32,000 bases of DNA, taken from Halomicronema hongdechloris C2206. GTDB lineage: Bacteria > Cyanobacteriota > Cyanobacteriia > Phormidesmidales > Phormidesmidaceae. Each line of letters begins with the position of its first letter. Within the stretch, counting starts at the first letter, position 1. The notes below the pieces were generated by a model. It ran no database searches. It worked only from the letters and a program-made list of their open reading frames with translations, and was not told the DNA's origin. Both the position numbers and the translations under genes were made by a program. Below are positions 1 to 9,137 of this stretch, one piece after another. The DNA is taken from the NCBI RefSeq assembly GCF_002075285.3, contig NZ_CP021983.2, forward strand, positions 390,001-422,000, read 5' to 3'.

Positions 1-450
1 GTGGGAATGCCAGGGCATTTTCTGGTGCGCCCCACCCTGGATGACATGGCCATCTTCGTCGATCCCTTTAACCAAGGGGAGATTCTCTTTGCCGAAGACT
101 GTCAGGAGCGGCTGCAGCAGATTTATGGCAGCCGGGCTAAGTTGCAACCTCAGCATCTTAATGTGGTCACTGCCAAGATGCTACTGGCCCGCATGCTGGC
201 TAATCTCAAGGTGATTTACCTGCAGCAACGGGATATTCCCAAAGCCCTAGCCGCCATCGATCGGATTCTGTTAATGCTACCCAAGGCTGCGGTAGAACTG
301 CGCGATCGGGGCCTGATCTACTATCAACTGGGGCGGTTAGTAGAAGCTCAGCATAATCTGGAACTCTATCTATGCGAGCGCCCTGATGCCAATGACGCCT
401 ACGAAATTCGTCACATCATCCAGCAGATCGAACGGGTGCAGGGTGAGTGA
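1..450 (+). CDS. C-terminal part of a SirB1/UPF0162-like protein (transglutaminase-like plus TPR); the 5' end lies outside the window
   Basis: The frame is open from base 1 to the stop at 448-450. The helical TPR-like C-terminus (RDRGLIYYQLGRLVEAQHNLELYL) resembles my memory of SirB1-family proteins. Confidence 0.55.
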   Translation: MGMPGHFLVRPTLDDMAIFVDPFNQGEILFAEDCQERLQQIYGSRAKLQPQHLNVVTAKMLLARMLANLKVIYLQQRDIPKALAAIDRILLMLPKAAVELRDRGLIYYQLGRLVEAQHNLELYLCERPDANDAYEIRHIIQQIERVQGE

Positions 451-466
451 TATTATCCGGCCCCTT

Positions 467-1252
467 CTAGCTAGAGGCACTGGTATAAAACCGCAGGGCA
501 AAGCGCCAGAACCAGCGAGAGCACTGGAGCAACCCTGCAGCTAGGGCAGCAGAACCCAGTATCCAGCCCCAATGCCCCCGATCTAGCATGGTCTGGGCCG
601 GTACTGTTGTCAAAAAAGCTACGGGCACGATGAAGGTGAAGAAGACCCGATAAGCGGTAGGGTAGGCGACGATGGGAAATCGGCCCGCTTCCAACAGTCC
701 CCGTAGCACCTCGGTCACATTGTAGATTTTGACAAACCAGATGCTGGTGGCCCCCAACATAAACCACAGGCTATAGAGACTGACGGCTCCGAAAATGAGC
801 GGTGGGATGCCCCAAAGATAGTCAGACGGCTGTAACCCTAGGCGATATCCGCCGTAGAACATCATTGCCAAACCAAACCCCATATCTGGCAATCCCCAGG
901 GCGATAACACCCGAGTAGAAAGCCAGAATTGGGAACTGATGGGCTTCAGCAAAATAAAGTCCAGGGTGCCTTCCTGCACATGGGTAACAATTTTATTCAG
1001 ATTCGGCACTAAAAAGGTGGCAGATACCCCCTGCAGCCAGGTGAAGGTGCCCAAGACCATCAGGGCTTCTTCCCAGCGCCAGCCCTGAAACTGATAACCG
1101 GTGCGGTAGAAGAGAAACAGGCCAAACAGCCCCCCACTCAATCCCCCCAGGCTGCTGAGGGCCGCGATTAGAAAATTGAGGCGGTATTCCAACTCGGCGG
1201 CAACCGCCGTGCTCCAGAACAGCTGCAGCACCCTCAAATAGCGCGTCATCAT
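467..1252 (-). CDS. ABC-2 family transporter permease (COG3694/COG4587-type uncharacterised ABC system)
   Basis: Polytopic hydrophobic ORF. I prefer the ATG at 1252-1250 because it forms an ATGA overlap with the stop (1251-1249) of the upstream permease, which suggests translational coupling. Confidence 0.7.
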   Translation of the reverse strand: MMTRYLRVLQLFWSTAVAAELEYRLNFLIAALSSLGGLSGGLFGLFLFYRTGYQFQGWRWEEALMVLGTFTWLQGVSATFLVPNLNKIVTHVQEGTLDFILLKPISSQFWLSTRVLSPWGLPDMGFGLAMMFYGGYRLGLQPSDYLWGIPPLIFGAVSLYSLWFMLGATSIWFVKIYNVTEVLRGLLEAGRFPIVAYPTAYRVFFTFIVPVAFLTTVPAQTMLDRGHWGWILGSAALAAGLLQCSRWFWRFALRFYTSASS

Positions 1253-2079
1253 GCCCCCATGCCGGAATACTGCTTCAGTCCTTGCCGCCAGAGCCAACGG
1301 TTGAGGGCAAAGCAGAGGCCTAGCCAGATGACCATAGCCAGGAACCCTTGGCTCACCTGCGCGGCTTGATTGGTCAGCAGTCTAGCCGGAAAGTAGATCA
1401 AGTAGGGAAATGGGGTCCACAGCACGATCTCTCGCACGGCATCGGGGAACATCTCCAGGGGCGCCACCATGCCCGAGAGGAAGGTATAGATCAAAAACCA
1501 GAACTGCTCGATGGCGCTGGCGCGCTCGGTCCAGAAGGCCAAGAGGGCAAAGGTATATTGCATCAAGAACCGTAGACAAAACGATAAGCCAGCCGCAGCC
1601 AAGGTCAAGGCCAAATTAATCGGGGTAGGCCACCAGCTGGCCTCGGGGTAGAGCACCATAAACAGGCCAAGCAGCAGGAAGACAAAGGGCAGTCGGGCAA
1701 AGCGCTCAGAGACATGGCTGAACACATGACGCCAGACCGGGTCAACGGGCTGCAACAGATAGGGGGATAACTTCCCTTCCACCACTTCGCGCTCAAATTC
1801 CCAGACCACCCACACCACCGTGAGCTGGCGCACGATAAATACTGCCAGAAAATACTGGATAAAGTCCGTCGGCTGCAGCCCAAAGCGACCGCTGGTGGCG
1901 GCTTCGGCCCAAATCCCCATGAGAATTAAGGGGAAGGTGCCCGATAGCACCCATAGAATTAACTCGGCACGGTACTCCACCATGTAGGCGTAATAGACCG
2001 AGAGCATCGCTCGGGATACGGCTAATGCCCGGGATAGGGCTGGCAATATTCTCGGACGTTGTAGACGTGGATTCACCAT
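1249..2079 (-). CDS. ABC-2 family transporter permease, paired with the downstream permease
   Basis: 276-aa multi-TM ORF with a 4-nt overlap to the next permease. Internal antisense and alternate-frame ORFs are R/P-rich and look spurious. Confidence 0.7.
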   Translation of the reverse strand: MVNPRLQRPRILPALSRALAVSRAMLSVYYAYMVEYRAELILWVLSGTFPLILMGIWAEAATSGRFGLQPTDFIQYFLAVFIVRQLTVVWVVWEFEREVVEGKLSPYLLQPVDPVWRHVFSHVSERFARLPFVFLLLGLFMVLYPEASWWPTPINLALTLAAAGLSFCLRFLMQYTFALLAFWTERASAIEQFWFLIYTFLSGMVAPLEMFPDAVREIVLWTPFPYLIYFPARLLTNQAAQVSQGFLAMVIWLGLCFALNRWLWRQGLKQYSGMGA

Positions 2080-2209
2080 GTCGTCAGCTGTCTAGGGTGA
2101 GTGGGGCAGGCTGCTACAGACTCCATTCATCCTAGCCAACTACAGCAGTGGTCTATGCAGTATGGGCCTGAACGGCTTTCTACAATTGAGAAAATACCTA
2201 GAAGAGCCC

Positions 2210-3211
2210 ATGGCACTGATTACCCTACGTCCCGAAGGTCTCTACTGTGAAGCGGGTGACTTTTTTATCGATCCCTGGCGACCGGTGGAACAGGCCTTGA
2301 TCACCCATGCCCATGCTGACCATGCCCGCTCAGGATCCCAGCAGTACCTCGCCACTCAGATCTCTGAGGGGATATTGAGGAAGCGGTTGGGCCCAGCCAT
2401 TAGCTTGCGGGGGGTGGAGTATGGCGAGAGGGTTCGCCTAGGAGACACTTGGGTTTCGTTCCATTCCGCGGGTCATGTGCTGGGCTCGGCCCAGATTCGG
2501 GTCGAGCACAAGGGAGAGGTGTGGGTGGTCTCAGGGGACTATAAACGCTGCGCCGATCCCTCCTGTGCACCGTTTGAGGTGGTGCCCTGCGATGTATTTG
2601 TCACTGAGGCCACTTTCGGGCTGCCCGTCTACCATTGGCAGTCAGGGGAGGCAATTGCCCACCAGATTTATCAGTGGTGGCAGGGAGATAAGGAGCGGGC
2701 GTCCTTATTGTTTTGCTACGCCTTTGGCAAAGCCCAGCGTATTCTCAGCGAGTTAACTCGATTTACAGAGCGCCCGGTTTATGTGCACGGGGCGATTCAG
2801 GGGTTGACGGAGAGCTATCGTCAGGCCGGCGTGGCCATGGTGCCCACCATTCCCACGGCGGCGCCAGTAGACAATCTCACCTATGCCAGTTATGCCGGTG
2901 AATTAGTGCTAGCCCCCCCTGCGGCCCATCGCTCTAGCTGGATGAAACGCTTCCGCCATCCTCAGACCGCCTTTGCCTCCGGTTGGATGGCTGTGCGGGG
3001 GGCGCGCCGTCGTCGCGGCTATGAACGGGGGTTTGTCCTGTCGGATCATGCCGATTGGTCTGGGTTGATCGACACCATTCACCAAACCCAAGCTCGCCAA
3101 GTCTACGTTACCCATGGCCAGTCCGATGCATTAGCCCGCTACCTGCAGGCATTCCTGCAGGTAGCGGGCCAACCCCTGGAGACTCAATTCGATGGCGAAG
3201 ACGACCATTGA
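2210..3211 (+). CDS. Metallo-beta-lactamase / beta-CASP-type exonuclease (resembles the ligase-associated DNA damage response exonuclease)
   Basis: HAHADH metallo-beta-lactamase motif near the N-terminus. The N-terminus MALITLRPEGLYCEAGDFFIDPW matches my memory of this family, so I place the start at ATG 2210 rather than 2162. Confidence 0.6.
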   Translation: MALITLRPEGLYCEAGDFFIDPWRPVEQALITHAHADHARSGSQQYLATQISEGILRKRLGPAISLRGVEYGERVRLGDTWVSFHSAGHVLGSAQIRVEHKGEVWVVSGDYKRCADPSCAPFEVVPCDVFVTEATFGLPVYHWQSGEAIAHQIYQWWQGDKERASLLFCYAFGKAQRILSELTRFTERPVYVHGAIQGLTESYRQAGVAMVPTIPTAAPVDNLTYASYAGELVLAPPAAHRSSWMKRFRHPQTAFASGWMAVRGARRRRGYERGFVLSDHADWSGLIDTIHQTQARQVYVTHGQSDALARYLQAFLQVAGQPLETQFDGEDDH

Positions 3212-3249
3212 GCAACAATGCCAACCCGCTAAACAGCGTCATTGTTGCT
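3211..3249 (+). terminator. Perfect 10-bp inverted repeat directly after the exonuclease stop
   Basis: agcaacaatg (3211-3220) pairs with cattgttgct (3240-3249) around a 19-nt loop. No T-tract follows, so terminator function is uncertain. Confidence 0.3.
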
Positions 3250-3600
3250 AAACAGTCAAGCCCGTGCTTGATTCGCTCGGGTTGGGGACTTAGCCGACTT
3301 GATTGCTGCTCTATTCAGCCCCGTCCTAATACCATATAACCTCGCCAGTGCTCCAGTAGCCTGTTCTGCTGTTCCCCAAGCCTGACATAATAGGGGACTC
3401 CTACTGATTAGGGGGAAGGGTTGGCGGCAGATTGCCTTAGCTACGATGATTCTGAGAGTTAGCCGAGTACGCCATGGCAGAAGTTGGCTGACCCTTGGGC
3501 TCTGCAGCTCCCTAGCCCTCTGCCACAAATGATGGGAGTTAAACCGGCGCCGCGGTCTACTAGGGCGTGCTGTAATGGAATCGATCATGGGCGAGGGGAT

Positions 3601-3981
3601 ATGTCGCTAGATGTCGTCAGTACCGAAATTTCAACCCTGGTAGTCCTACTCAACGGTATCTTGACTAGCTTGTGCCAACTGCTGGCCCTCTTTGTCATCG
3701 CCATCGGGGTCACCAAAGCACTGTTTATTTTCCTCAAAGATGCCTTAATTCGCCCTCAGACCCCTGATGCCTTTCAGCGCAGTCGCCTGGCCATGGGCTA
3801 TTCTTTTTCGCTGGGGTTGAGCTTTCTCATCGGCGCCACCATTCTCAAGACCATGATCTCCAGTCGCTGGGATGACATTGCTCGATTAGCCGCCATTATT
3901 GCCGTTCGCACCTTGCTGAACTATCTGCTGCTGCAGGCAATCAACTCATCCAAGCCAGAAACCAACGCCGTCTCAACTTAG
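3601..3981 (+). CDS. DUF1622-like small membrane protein
   Basis: ATG 3601 is preceded by the purine-rich gggcgagggg. There are hydrophobic segments and a C-terminal AIIAVRTLLNYLL typical of DUF1622 as I remember it. The upstream part of the 3484 ORF is R/P/C-rich and unlikely to be coding. Confidence 0.55.
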   Translation: MSLDVVSTEISTLVVLLNGILTSLCQLLALFVIAIGVTKALFIFLKDALIRPQTPDAFQRSRLAMGYSFSLGLSFLIGATILKTMISSRWDDIARLAAIIAVRTLLNYLLLQAINSSKPETNAVST

Positions 3982-4129
3982 CTCCCTTCGCCAAATTCTG
4001 TTGGCAATCACTTACCAAATGCTTGCCCAGTGGTGGAAGCGGTGGATAGGTTCATGATTTCGGGCGTTGCTAAGCGCACTAATCTGAAGTTTATTTAGGG
4101 CGACCTACTTAATTAGGTGAGCGACCTAG

Positions 4130-4456
4130 CTAGATATAGGCCGAGATATCTTCGCCACATTCATCTGCCAGATAGCACAGAGCGCGAAAGCGCAGGGCGA
4201 CCAGCTCGTCATACAGAGGGTTGAATTTGCACAATGGCGGAATATGGGCGACCCGATGGCCCAGCAGCCGGATGTCTCGTTCGAAGGGACATTGGGCTGG
4301 GATCAGGCGCACCAGGCGATGGGCTAGACCTGGGGTAGTGACTGTCAGGTTATTCAATCGACGGCGTACAGGATGTAGACAGTCGACCTGCCGCCCATTA
4401 GCAACTGGAGCAACTCCCGATAAGGAGCTGAAAATCGATCCGAGCATCACGTTCAC
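4130..4456 (-). CDS. Small protein resembling the Mo-dependent nitrogenase C-terminal domain family (Mo-nitro_C)
   Basis: The motif CPFERDIRLLG...HIPPLCKFNPLYDELVALRFRALCYLADECGEDI matches my memory of the cyanobacterial Mo-nitro_C family. Confidence 0.45.
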   Translation of the reverse strand: MNVMLGSIFSSLSGVAPVANGRQVDCLHPVRRRLNNLTVTTPGLAHRLVRLIPAQCPFERDIRLLGHRVAHIPPLCKFNPLYDELVALRFRALCYLADECGEDISAYI

Positions 4457-5059
4457 TCATTCTTCTCGAGGTTGGACCATACCGCCCCGACACCCTAAGC
4501 ACGTTGGAGAGGTGTTGGGTGGAGTTTTTTATAAACGGAGCTTGTAAATGAGGTATTTATTATGCTGGCTCTACCATAAAATCTGGCCCTTAACATCGGG
4601 TAAAGCCCTGAAAAAAAAGCCAGCTAGCTGACTAAAGCTCTGGTAAAGCCATAATTTGCACTAGCTTCTTGATCAAAGGGGCGCCTCTATTCTGGGATGG
4701 GTGTTGGCGGACTGGCCTGGGAGGCAACCACTTTTTCAAGTGTCCTGCATTGACGGGTGATCATTTGGTTGAGGGTCATGGTTAGGGCTATTGAGGCAGT
4801 ATTTTCCCCAAAGCGCCCCCTAGATTACTGGGTTACTTCCTGGATATCGGTAACATAGGCTACTGTTTTGGGGTGGTGGTAAGCCGGTGAGCTTCCCTAA
4901 ACGCAGGAGATCGAACAGCTATAGTCACCGCCACAATGCTTTGTGCGGTGGCGAGCCAGTCAGCCTCCCTAGGCTAGGCCATTGGACGATCAACCATGTC
5001 CTAAGCTGACTGGCCAACGCTATATGTCCTTGGCTGACTAGCCAGGGGGCTATGAATAA

Positions 5060-5080
5060 CCCTGGAGCTAAGCTCCAGGG
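5060..5080 (-). terminator. Hairpin downstream of ftsH
   Basis: ccctggagc (5060-5068) pairs with gctccaggg (5072-5080) around a 3-nt loop. It lies 36 nt 3' of the ftsH stop on the minus strand and is followed there by a T-containing ttatt. Confidence 0.4.
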
Positions 5081-5116
5081 TCAGGTCTCTTGCTCTGCAC
5101 GTTCTCTGGGCCGTCT

Positions 5117-7105
5117 CTAGGACGATTGAGCGCCTGCTAGTTGGTCTTGGAGATAGACATCATCTTCTAGGTTGCCGGTGTCTAGCCATTGCGCCATGGC
5201 TTCTGGGGACGAAACCTGGCTCAGGTGCTGGCGCAGGGCATCTTTCTCTAGAACTTCATCCTCTAGCAGATGTTGGGCCATCTCTTCTAGCACCTGGCGA
5301 TTGTGCATCAAGATCTTCAGGGCCATATGATGGGCGCCATCTACGATGGTCTTGACTTCTTGGTCGATGGTTTCCATGACGGCGGGGCTAACGGAACGGC
5401 GGGGATTACCGAAGCCTTCCATGAATTGCTGTTGCTGCTTCTCGAAGGCGATGGGGCCTAGCTTCTGACTCATGCCATAGACGGTGATGCAGCGCTCGGC
5501 CATGTCGGTGGCTTTCTGGATGTCATCCCCGGCACCGGTGGAGACAGCGCCAAAGACCACTTCTTCGGCGGAGCGACCGGCCAGGAGGATGGCGATGCGA
5601 CCGCGCAGTTCGTCTTCTCTGACCAGGAAGCGATCTTCCTCGGGCAGTTGCAGGGTATAGCCCAGGGCGCCAACCCCGCGGGGGACGATGGATATTTTCT
5701 CCACTTTGCCGGCTCCGGGCATGAGGGAGCCGACGATGGCATGGCCGGTTTCGTGGTAAGCCACGGTGGTGCGCTCTTCGTCGGTTAAGACTCGGCTCTT
5801 CTTCTCTAGTCCGGCAATCACCCGTTCGATGGCCTCGCTGAAGTCGGCCATGGTGACCTCGTCACCGTTGCGACGGGCTGCCAGCAGAGCTGCCTCGTTG
5901 ACCAAATTAGCCAGATCGGCGCCGGCAAAGCCTGGGGTGCGGGCCGCCAGTGTCTCTAGGTCGACATCATCGGCCAGTTTCACGACGGGAGTATGAACTG
6001 CCAAGATGTCCTTACGACCGATTTTGTCGGGGCGATCGACGACGACTTGGCGGTCGAAGCGGCCGGGCCGTTGTAGGGCGGGATCGAGGACTTCGGGGCG
6101 ATTGGTGGCGGCCAGTAGGATCACCCCGTTGTTGGGGTCAAACCCGTCCATTTCGTTCAGCAGCTGGTTTAGGGTTTGCTCTTGCTCGCTCATGCCACCG
6201 CCAGCAAAGGGGCTCTGCCCTCCCCGGGATTTGCCGAGGGCATCCAACTCGTCGATAAAGACGATGCAGGGAGCTTGCTTTTTGGCCTGGTTGAACAGGT
6301 CTCGCACCCGGGAGGCGCCGACCCCGACGAACAGCTCGATGAATTCCGAGCCGGAAATGCTTAGGAAGGGGACGCCGGCTTCTCCGGCCACGGCCTTGGC
6401 CAGTAGGGTCTTACCGGTGCCGGGTGGGCCGACCAGCAATACCCCTTTGGGAATCTTGGCTCCCAGGCGGGTGTATTTGTCGGAGTTACGCAGGAAGTCA
6501 ACCACTTCCTGCAGCTCGGCCTTGGCTTCATCCACGCCAGCGACGTCTTCGAAGGTGGTGCGGGTATCGCCTTCACTGTAGAGGCGGGCTTTGCTTTTGC
6601 CTACACCCAGAGCGGCGGCACCACCAGGGCCGCCACCGCGGTTGCGCAATAGGAAGGACCACAGGCCCAAAAATAGCAGGGGTATTAGGAACCAGCCAAA
6701 GCCACCCCAGCCGCCGTCGTTGGAGGGCACGGCGGAAAATTCGACGTCGTGCGATCGCAACATCGCGGTTAAATCTGGATCATTCGGGGGAGGCACCGTC
6801 TGAAACAGCGTTTGCTGCTGTTCTTCACCATTCATCTCAGTGGTGATCGGCGACTCCAGTTCGTAGCGAATCAGGTCATCTCTAATAGTTGCTTCTTTGA
6901 CTTGGTTAGACTCTACCTGCTCTAAAAACTTGCTATAGGCAATTGAGGAATATTGAGCACTCTGCCGCGCCGTGGTGAAGACGTTGAGCAGCAAGAACCC
7001 TGCCAGCAGGATGAGTAAACCACCCCCCACCCAGCGAAACCGAGAGCCATTGCTCCCAGGGGAATTCGGGGAATTACGTGGGTCTTGTTGATCTTTAAAT
7101 GCCAT
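5117..7105 (-). CDS. ftsH: ATP-dependent zinc metalloprotease FtsH
   Basis: Walker A GPPGTGKT, Walker [12 protein letters not shown] second region of homology, Zn motif HETGHA and an N-terminal TM segment. I prefer the start at ATG 7105 (MAFKDQQ...). The 54 aa upstream in the 7267 ORF are W/C-rich and unlike an FtsH N-terminus. Confidence 0.95.
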   Translation of the reverse strand: MAFKDQQDPRNSPNSPGSNGSRFRWVGGGLLILLAGFLLLNVFTTARQSAQYSSIAYSKFLEQVESNQVKEATIRDDLIRYELESPITTEMNGEEQQQTLFQTVPPPNDPDLTAMLRSHDVEFSAVPSNDGGWGGFGWFLIPLLFLGLWSFLLRNRGGGPGGAAALGVGKSKARLYSEGDTRTTFEDVAGVDEAKAELQEVVDFLRNSDKYTRLGAKIPKGVLLVGPPGTGKTLLAKAVAGEAGVPFLSISGSEFIELFVGVGASRVRDLFNQAKKQAPCIVFIDELDALGKSRGGQSPFAGGGMSEQEQTLNQLLNEMDGFDPNNGVILLAATNRPEVLDPALQRPGRFDRQVVVDRPDKIGRKDILAVHTPVVKLADDVDLETLAARTPGFAGADLANLVNEAALLAARRNGDEVTMADFSEAIERVIAGLEKKSRVLTDEERTTVAYHETGHAIVGSLMPGAGKVEKISIVPRGVGALGYTLQLPEEDRFLVREDELRGRIAILLAGRSAEEVVFGAVSTGAGDDIQKATDMAERCITVYGMSQKLGPIAFEKQQQQFMEGFGNPRRSVSPAVMETIDQEVKTIVDGAHHMALKILMHNRQVLEEMAQHLLEDEVLEKDALRQHLSQVSSPEAMAQWLDTGNLEDDVYLQDQLAGAQSS

Positions 7106-7364
7106 AACGAAATGCCATAACGTGAGTCTGAACCAGAGAAAAGCTAGTGCGTGCATGCATCCGCAGCCAACACCCCATTGGATGCTGCTAACATTTCTAT
7201 CCTGACTGGAGTTGATCAGCTTGACAGCTACCCATCGATAGATCTTGCCAAACTCGTAGGCGAGCATTGCTGCTCTAGCCGATGACGAGTAGCCCTCCTC
7301 TCACCGCAGTCTCCCAGTGAGTGCGGCCCGGCGGCAGCTGCTCCCGTCCTCATCTGCCCTACAC

Positions 7365-7501
7365 GGGACCCATAGATTTCTCTCTGGGACGCGGTCATTT
7401 TTACCCGGTCCTTGTCCATAGCTGGGCGGGACCCATAGATTTCTCTCTGGGACGCAGTCATTTTTGCCCGGTCCTTGTCTATATCTGGGCGGGACCCATA
7501 G
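7365..7501. repeat. 63-bp tandem repeat, about 2.2 copies
   Basis: Units start at 7365, 7428 and 7491 (the third is a partial gggacccatag). Copies 1 and 2 differ at 4 positions. Three overlapping frames across the two strands are open over it, which argues against coding. Confidence 0.9.
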
Positions 7502-7648
7502 CGCCCGATGGCAGTGTTTGCCCGCGACGGTACTGCTGGCCAACTATCTGGCAACAAAGTCAGGCCAGTATAGTATGCCTTTTGACCGATCTCGCTCGGG
7601 TCACCATTTGGTTCACTGGTAGAGAGGCGTTGCTATCTGGACATCCCG

Positions 7649-7882
7649 ATGCCGACCCATGATCCTGCTAATCCCAATCCTCAGTCTGCGGATACGAATC
7701 CGGAAGACAATGTCGTCGATCCGCGAGATTTGGTCTACAAGGGGGGCTACGATAAGGAGCCTGACAAAATTGTCAACAACCCAGCGGTGACGCCACCGAT
7801 GCCGGAAGATACCCAGACCTCGACGGCCAGCTTTATCTCTGATACCGCCGAGGACGATGAAGCGGAGTGGCTGCTGGATTAA
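7649..7882 (+). CDS. Hypothetical small acidic protein
   Basis: 77-aa ORF with a D/E/P-rich composition and no recognised motif. It is convergent with the pilin-like gene. Confidence 0.35.
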   Translation: MPTHDPANPNPQSADTNPEDNVVDPRDLVYKGGYDKEPDKIVNNPAVTPPMPEDTQTSTASFISDTAEDDEAEWLLD

Positions 7883-7894
7883 CCGGGCCGTGGC

Positions 7895-8443
7895 TTAATC
7901 TTCCTCGCCGCCCTCGCCACCGCCGGAAGAACCGCCCCCGGAAGAACCGCCGCCGGAAGAGCCTCCAGACGATCCCCCAGCCGGAGCTTCATCGCAGGCA
8001 TAGCGTTCCACGGCCAGCACCAGGTCATCGTCGATGGTTTCTAAGGCCGGGGGAGGCACAACCTCTACATTTGTTGTGTAATCCCGAATCTGGTTTTCTC
8101 CATAGAAGGCAACCTGGACATAGCACTCCCCAGCAGCGATGGCCCAGTGATCATAGTCGTAGCTGGAATCGAAGGGCACCCGCGACGGCCAGTTGATTAC
8201 GCCTTCGGGTCGTTCGCCGGAGGCAACTTCGGCCGGGTAGCGGTTGTGCTCGGCCCGATAAATTTTGAGTTCTTTTGCGATCGCATTCATGGCGATCTTG
8301 GCTTCGGCATAGCGAGCCCGCCGCGTCATGTTCAAATAAGACGGATAGGCCAGGGCAGCCAAAATACCAAGAACGATAATGACAATCAGCAATTCAATCA
8401 ACGTAAAGCCTGACTCAGGCCGTCTTGGTTTAAACGCCAACAT
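7895..8443 (-). CDS. Type IV pilin-like / pseudopilin protein with a prepilin-type N-terminal cleavage/methylation domain
   Basis: The leader ends in G followed by FTLIELLIVIIVLGILAALA, the canonical prepilin peptidase site and hydrophobic helix. The start may be 8443 or 8458. The C-terminus is a Gly/Ser repeat ending in an acidic GGEGGEED. Confidence 0.85.
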   Translation of the reverse strand: MLAFKPRRPESGFTLIELLIVIIVLGILAALAYPSYLNMTRRARYAEAKIAMNAIAKELKIYRAEHNRYPAEVASGERPEGVINWPSRVPFDSSYDYDHWAIAAGECYVQVAFYGENQIRDYTTNVEVVPPPALETIDDDLVLAVERYACDEAPAGGSSGGSSGGGSSGGGSSGGGEGGEED

Positions 8444-8796
8444 TTCAGGGAACCACATAACCTAAACTTTTCAGAACAATTTCCCTGGAGACTCGCAGAT
8501 CGGCTATCTTTGCGAACGGCCTTTGCAGGTGATGCCCGTGATCCTACTGATAATTCCGTGCAATCCGAATGGTTCTAGACCCCGTAGGTGCCAAACCCAG
8601 CAATAGCTTCAACCTGAGCCTAGACTGCTCTGGACTAAAGACGGGAAGACTCACACTAAGAACTAAACCCAAACAGGGATATACGAATTATACCGCCGTA
8701 ACATCATTGCATTTACGGAGACCCCAGCATAAAAACTGGTAACTTCAAATACGTAAATCGAAAATGATCAATAACTTTACGGAGAATCGTCGGATT

Positions 8797-8864
8797 GAAT
8801 TAAGATTCTTCCGGATTATCTGGCCGCTCTTAGAAGAATTAAGATTCAGGAAACGAATTAAGCC
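8797..8864. repeat. Three direct copies of GAATTAAG in the long AT-rich intergenic region
   Basis: gaattaagattc occurs at 8797-8808 and 8836-8847, and gaattaagcc at 8855-8864. This may be a regulator binding array between the pilin-like gene and the ABC ATPase gene. Confidence 0.3.
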
Positions 8865-9137
8865 GGAGGCACTCGACGTCTAGGAGCAGCGTTTCAAGGC
8901 TAGTGACTGATCAGACATAGACTCCCCGTGAAATTTCGGGTGTCTTCGATTACACCGCAGGGTTACTCCCATGGCTAGTCAACACCAGTCGCTACGGCCA
9001 TAGGATTACGATGGGGGATAGGCTACTCTAAAGGGCTGGGAATAGCTTTGATTCAGGAGGTTACGACGGGATGGACTGGTTTAGACTAGAAGGCCTGCCA
9101 CCACTGGTGTGGTGGTCGTGGTTGGTATGAGTAACCC

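Noticed and set aside
3256-3588. 110-aa minus-strand ORF, plus the 5' extension (3484-3600) of the DUF1622 ORF
   Set aside because: Both have R/P/S-rich, off-frame-like composition. The DUF1622-like sequence begins cleanly at ATG 3601, which has an upstream purine-rich element.
4689-4781. 30-aa minus-strand ORF (MTLNQMITRQCRTLEKVVASQASPPTPIPE) in the 660-bp gap downstream of ftsH
   Set aside because: It is too short and has no recognisable motif or clear RBS. I note it only as a possibility.
5470-6846. Multiple ORFs inside or antisense to ftsH (for example 6006-6581 +, 6424-6846 +, 5470-5742 -)
   Set aside because: These are typical GC-rich shadow ORFs (R/P/S/A-rich) within a gene whose own frame has unambiguous AAA+ and Zn-protease motifs.
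7228-7662. ORFs 7228-7557 (-), 7301-7543 (-) and 7321-7662 (+) encoding repeated peptides
   Set aside because: All three are generated by the 63-bp tandem repeat, which is open in three overlapping frames across the two strands. The inter-copy substitutions show no synonymous bias, and one of them overlaps the unlikely 5' extension of ftsH.
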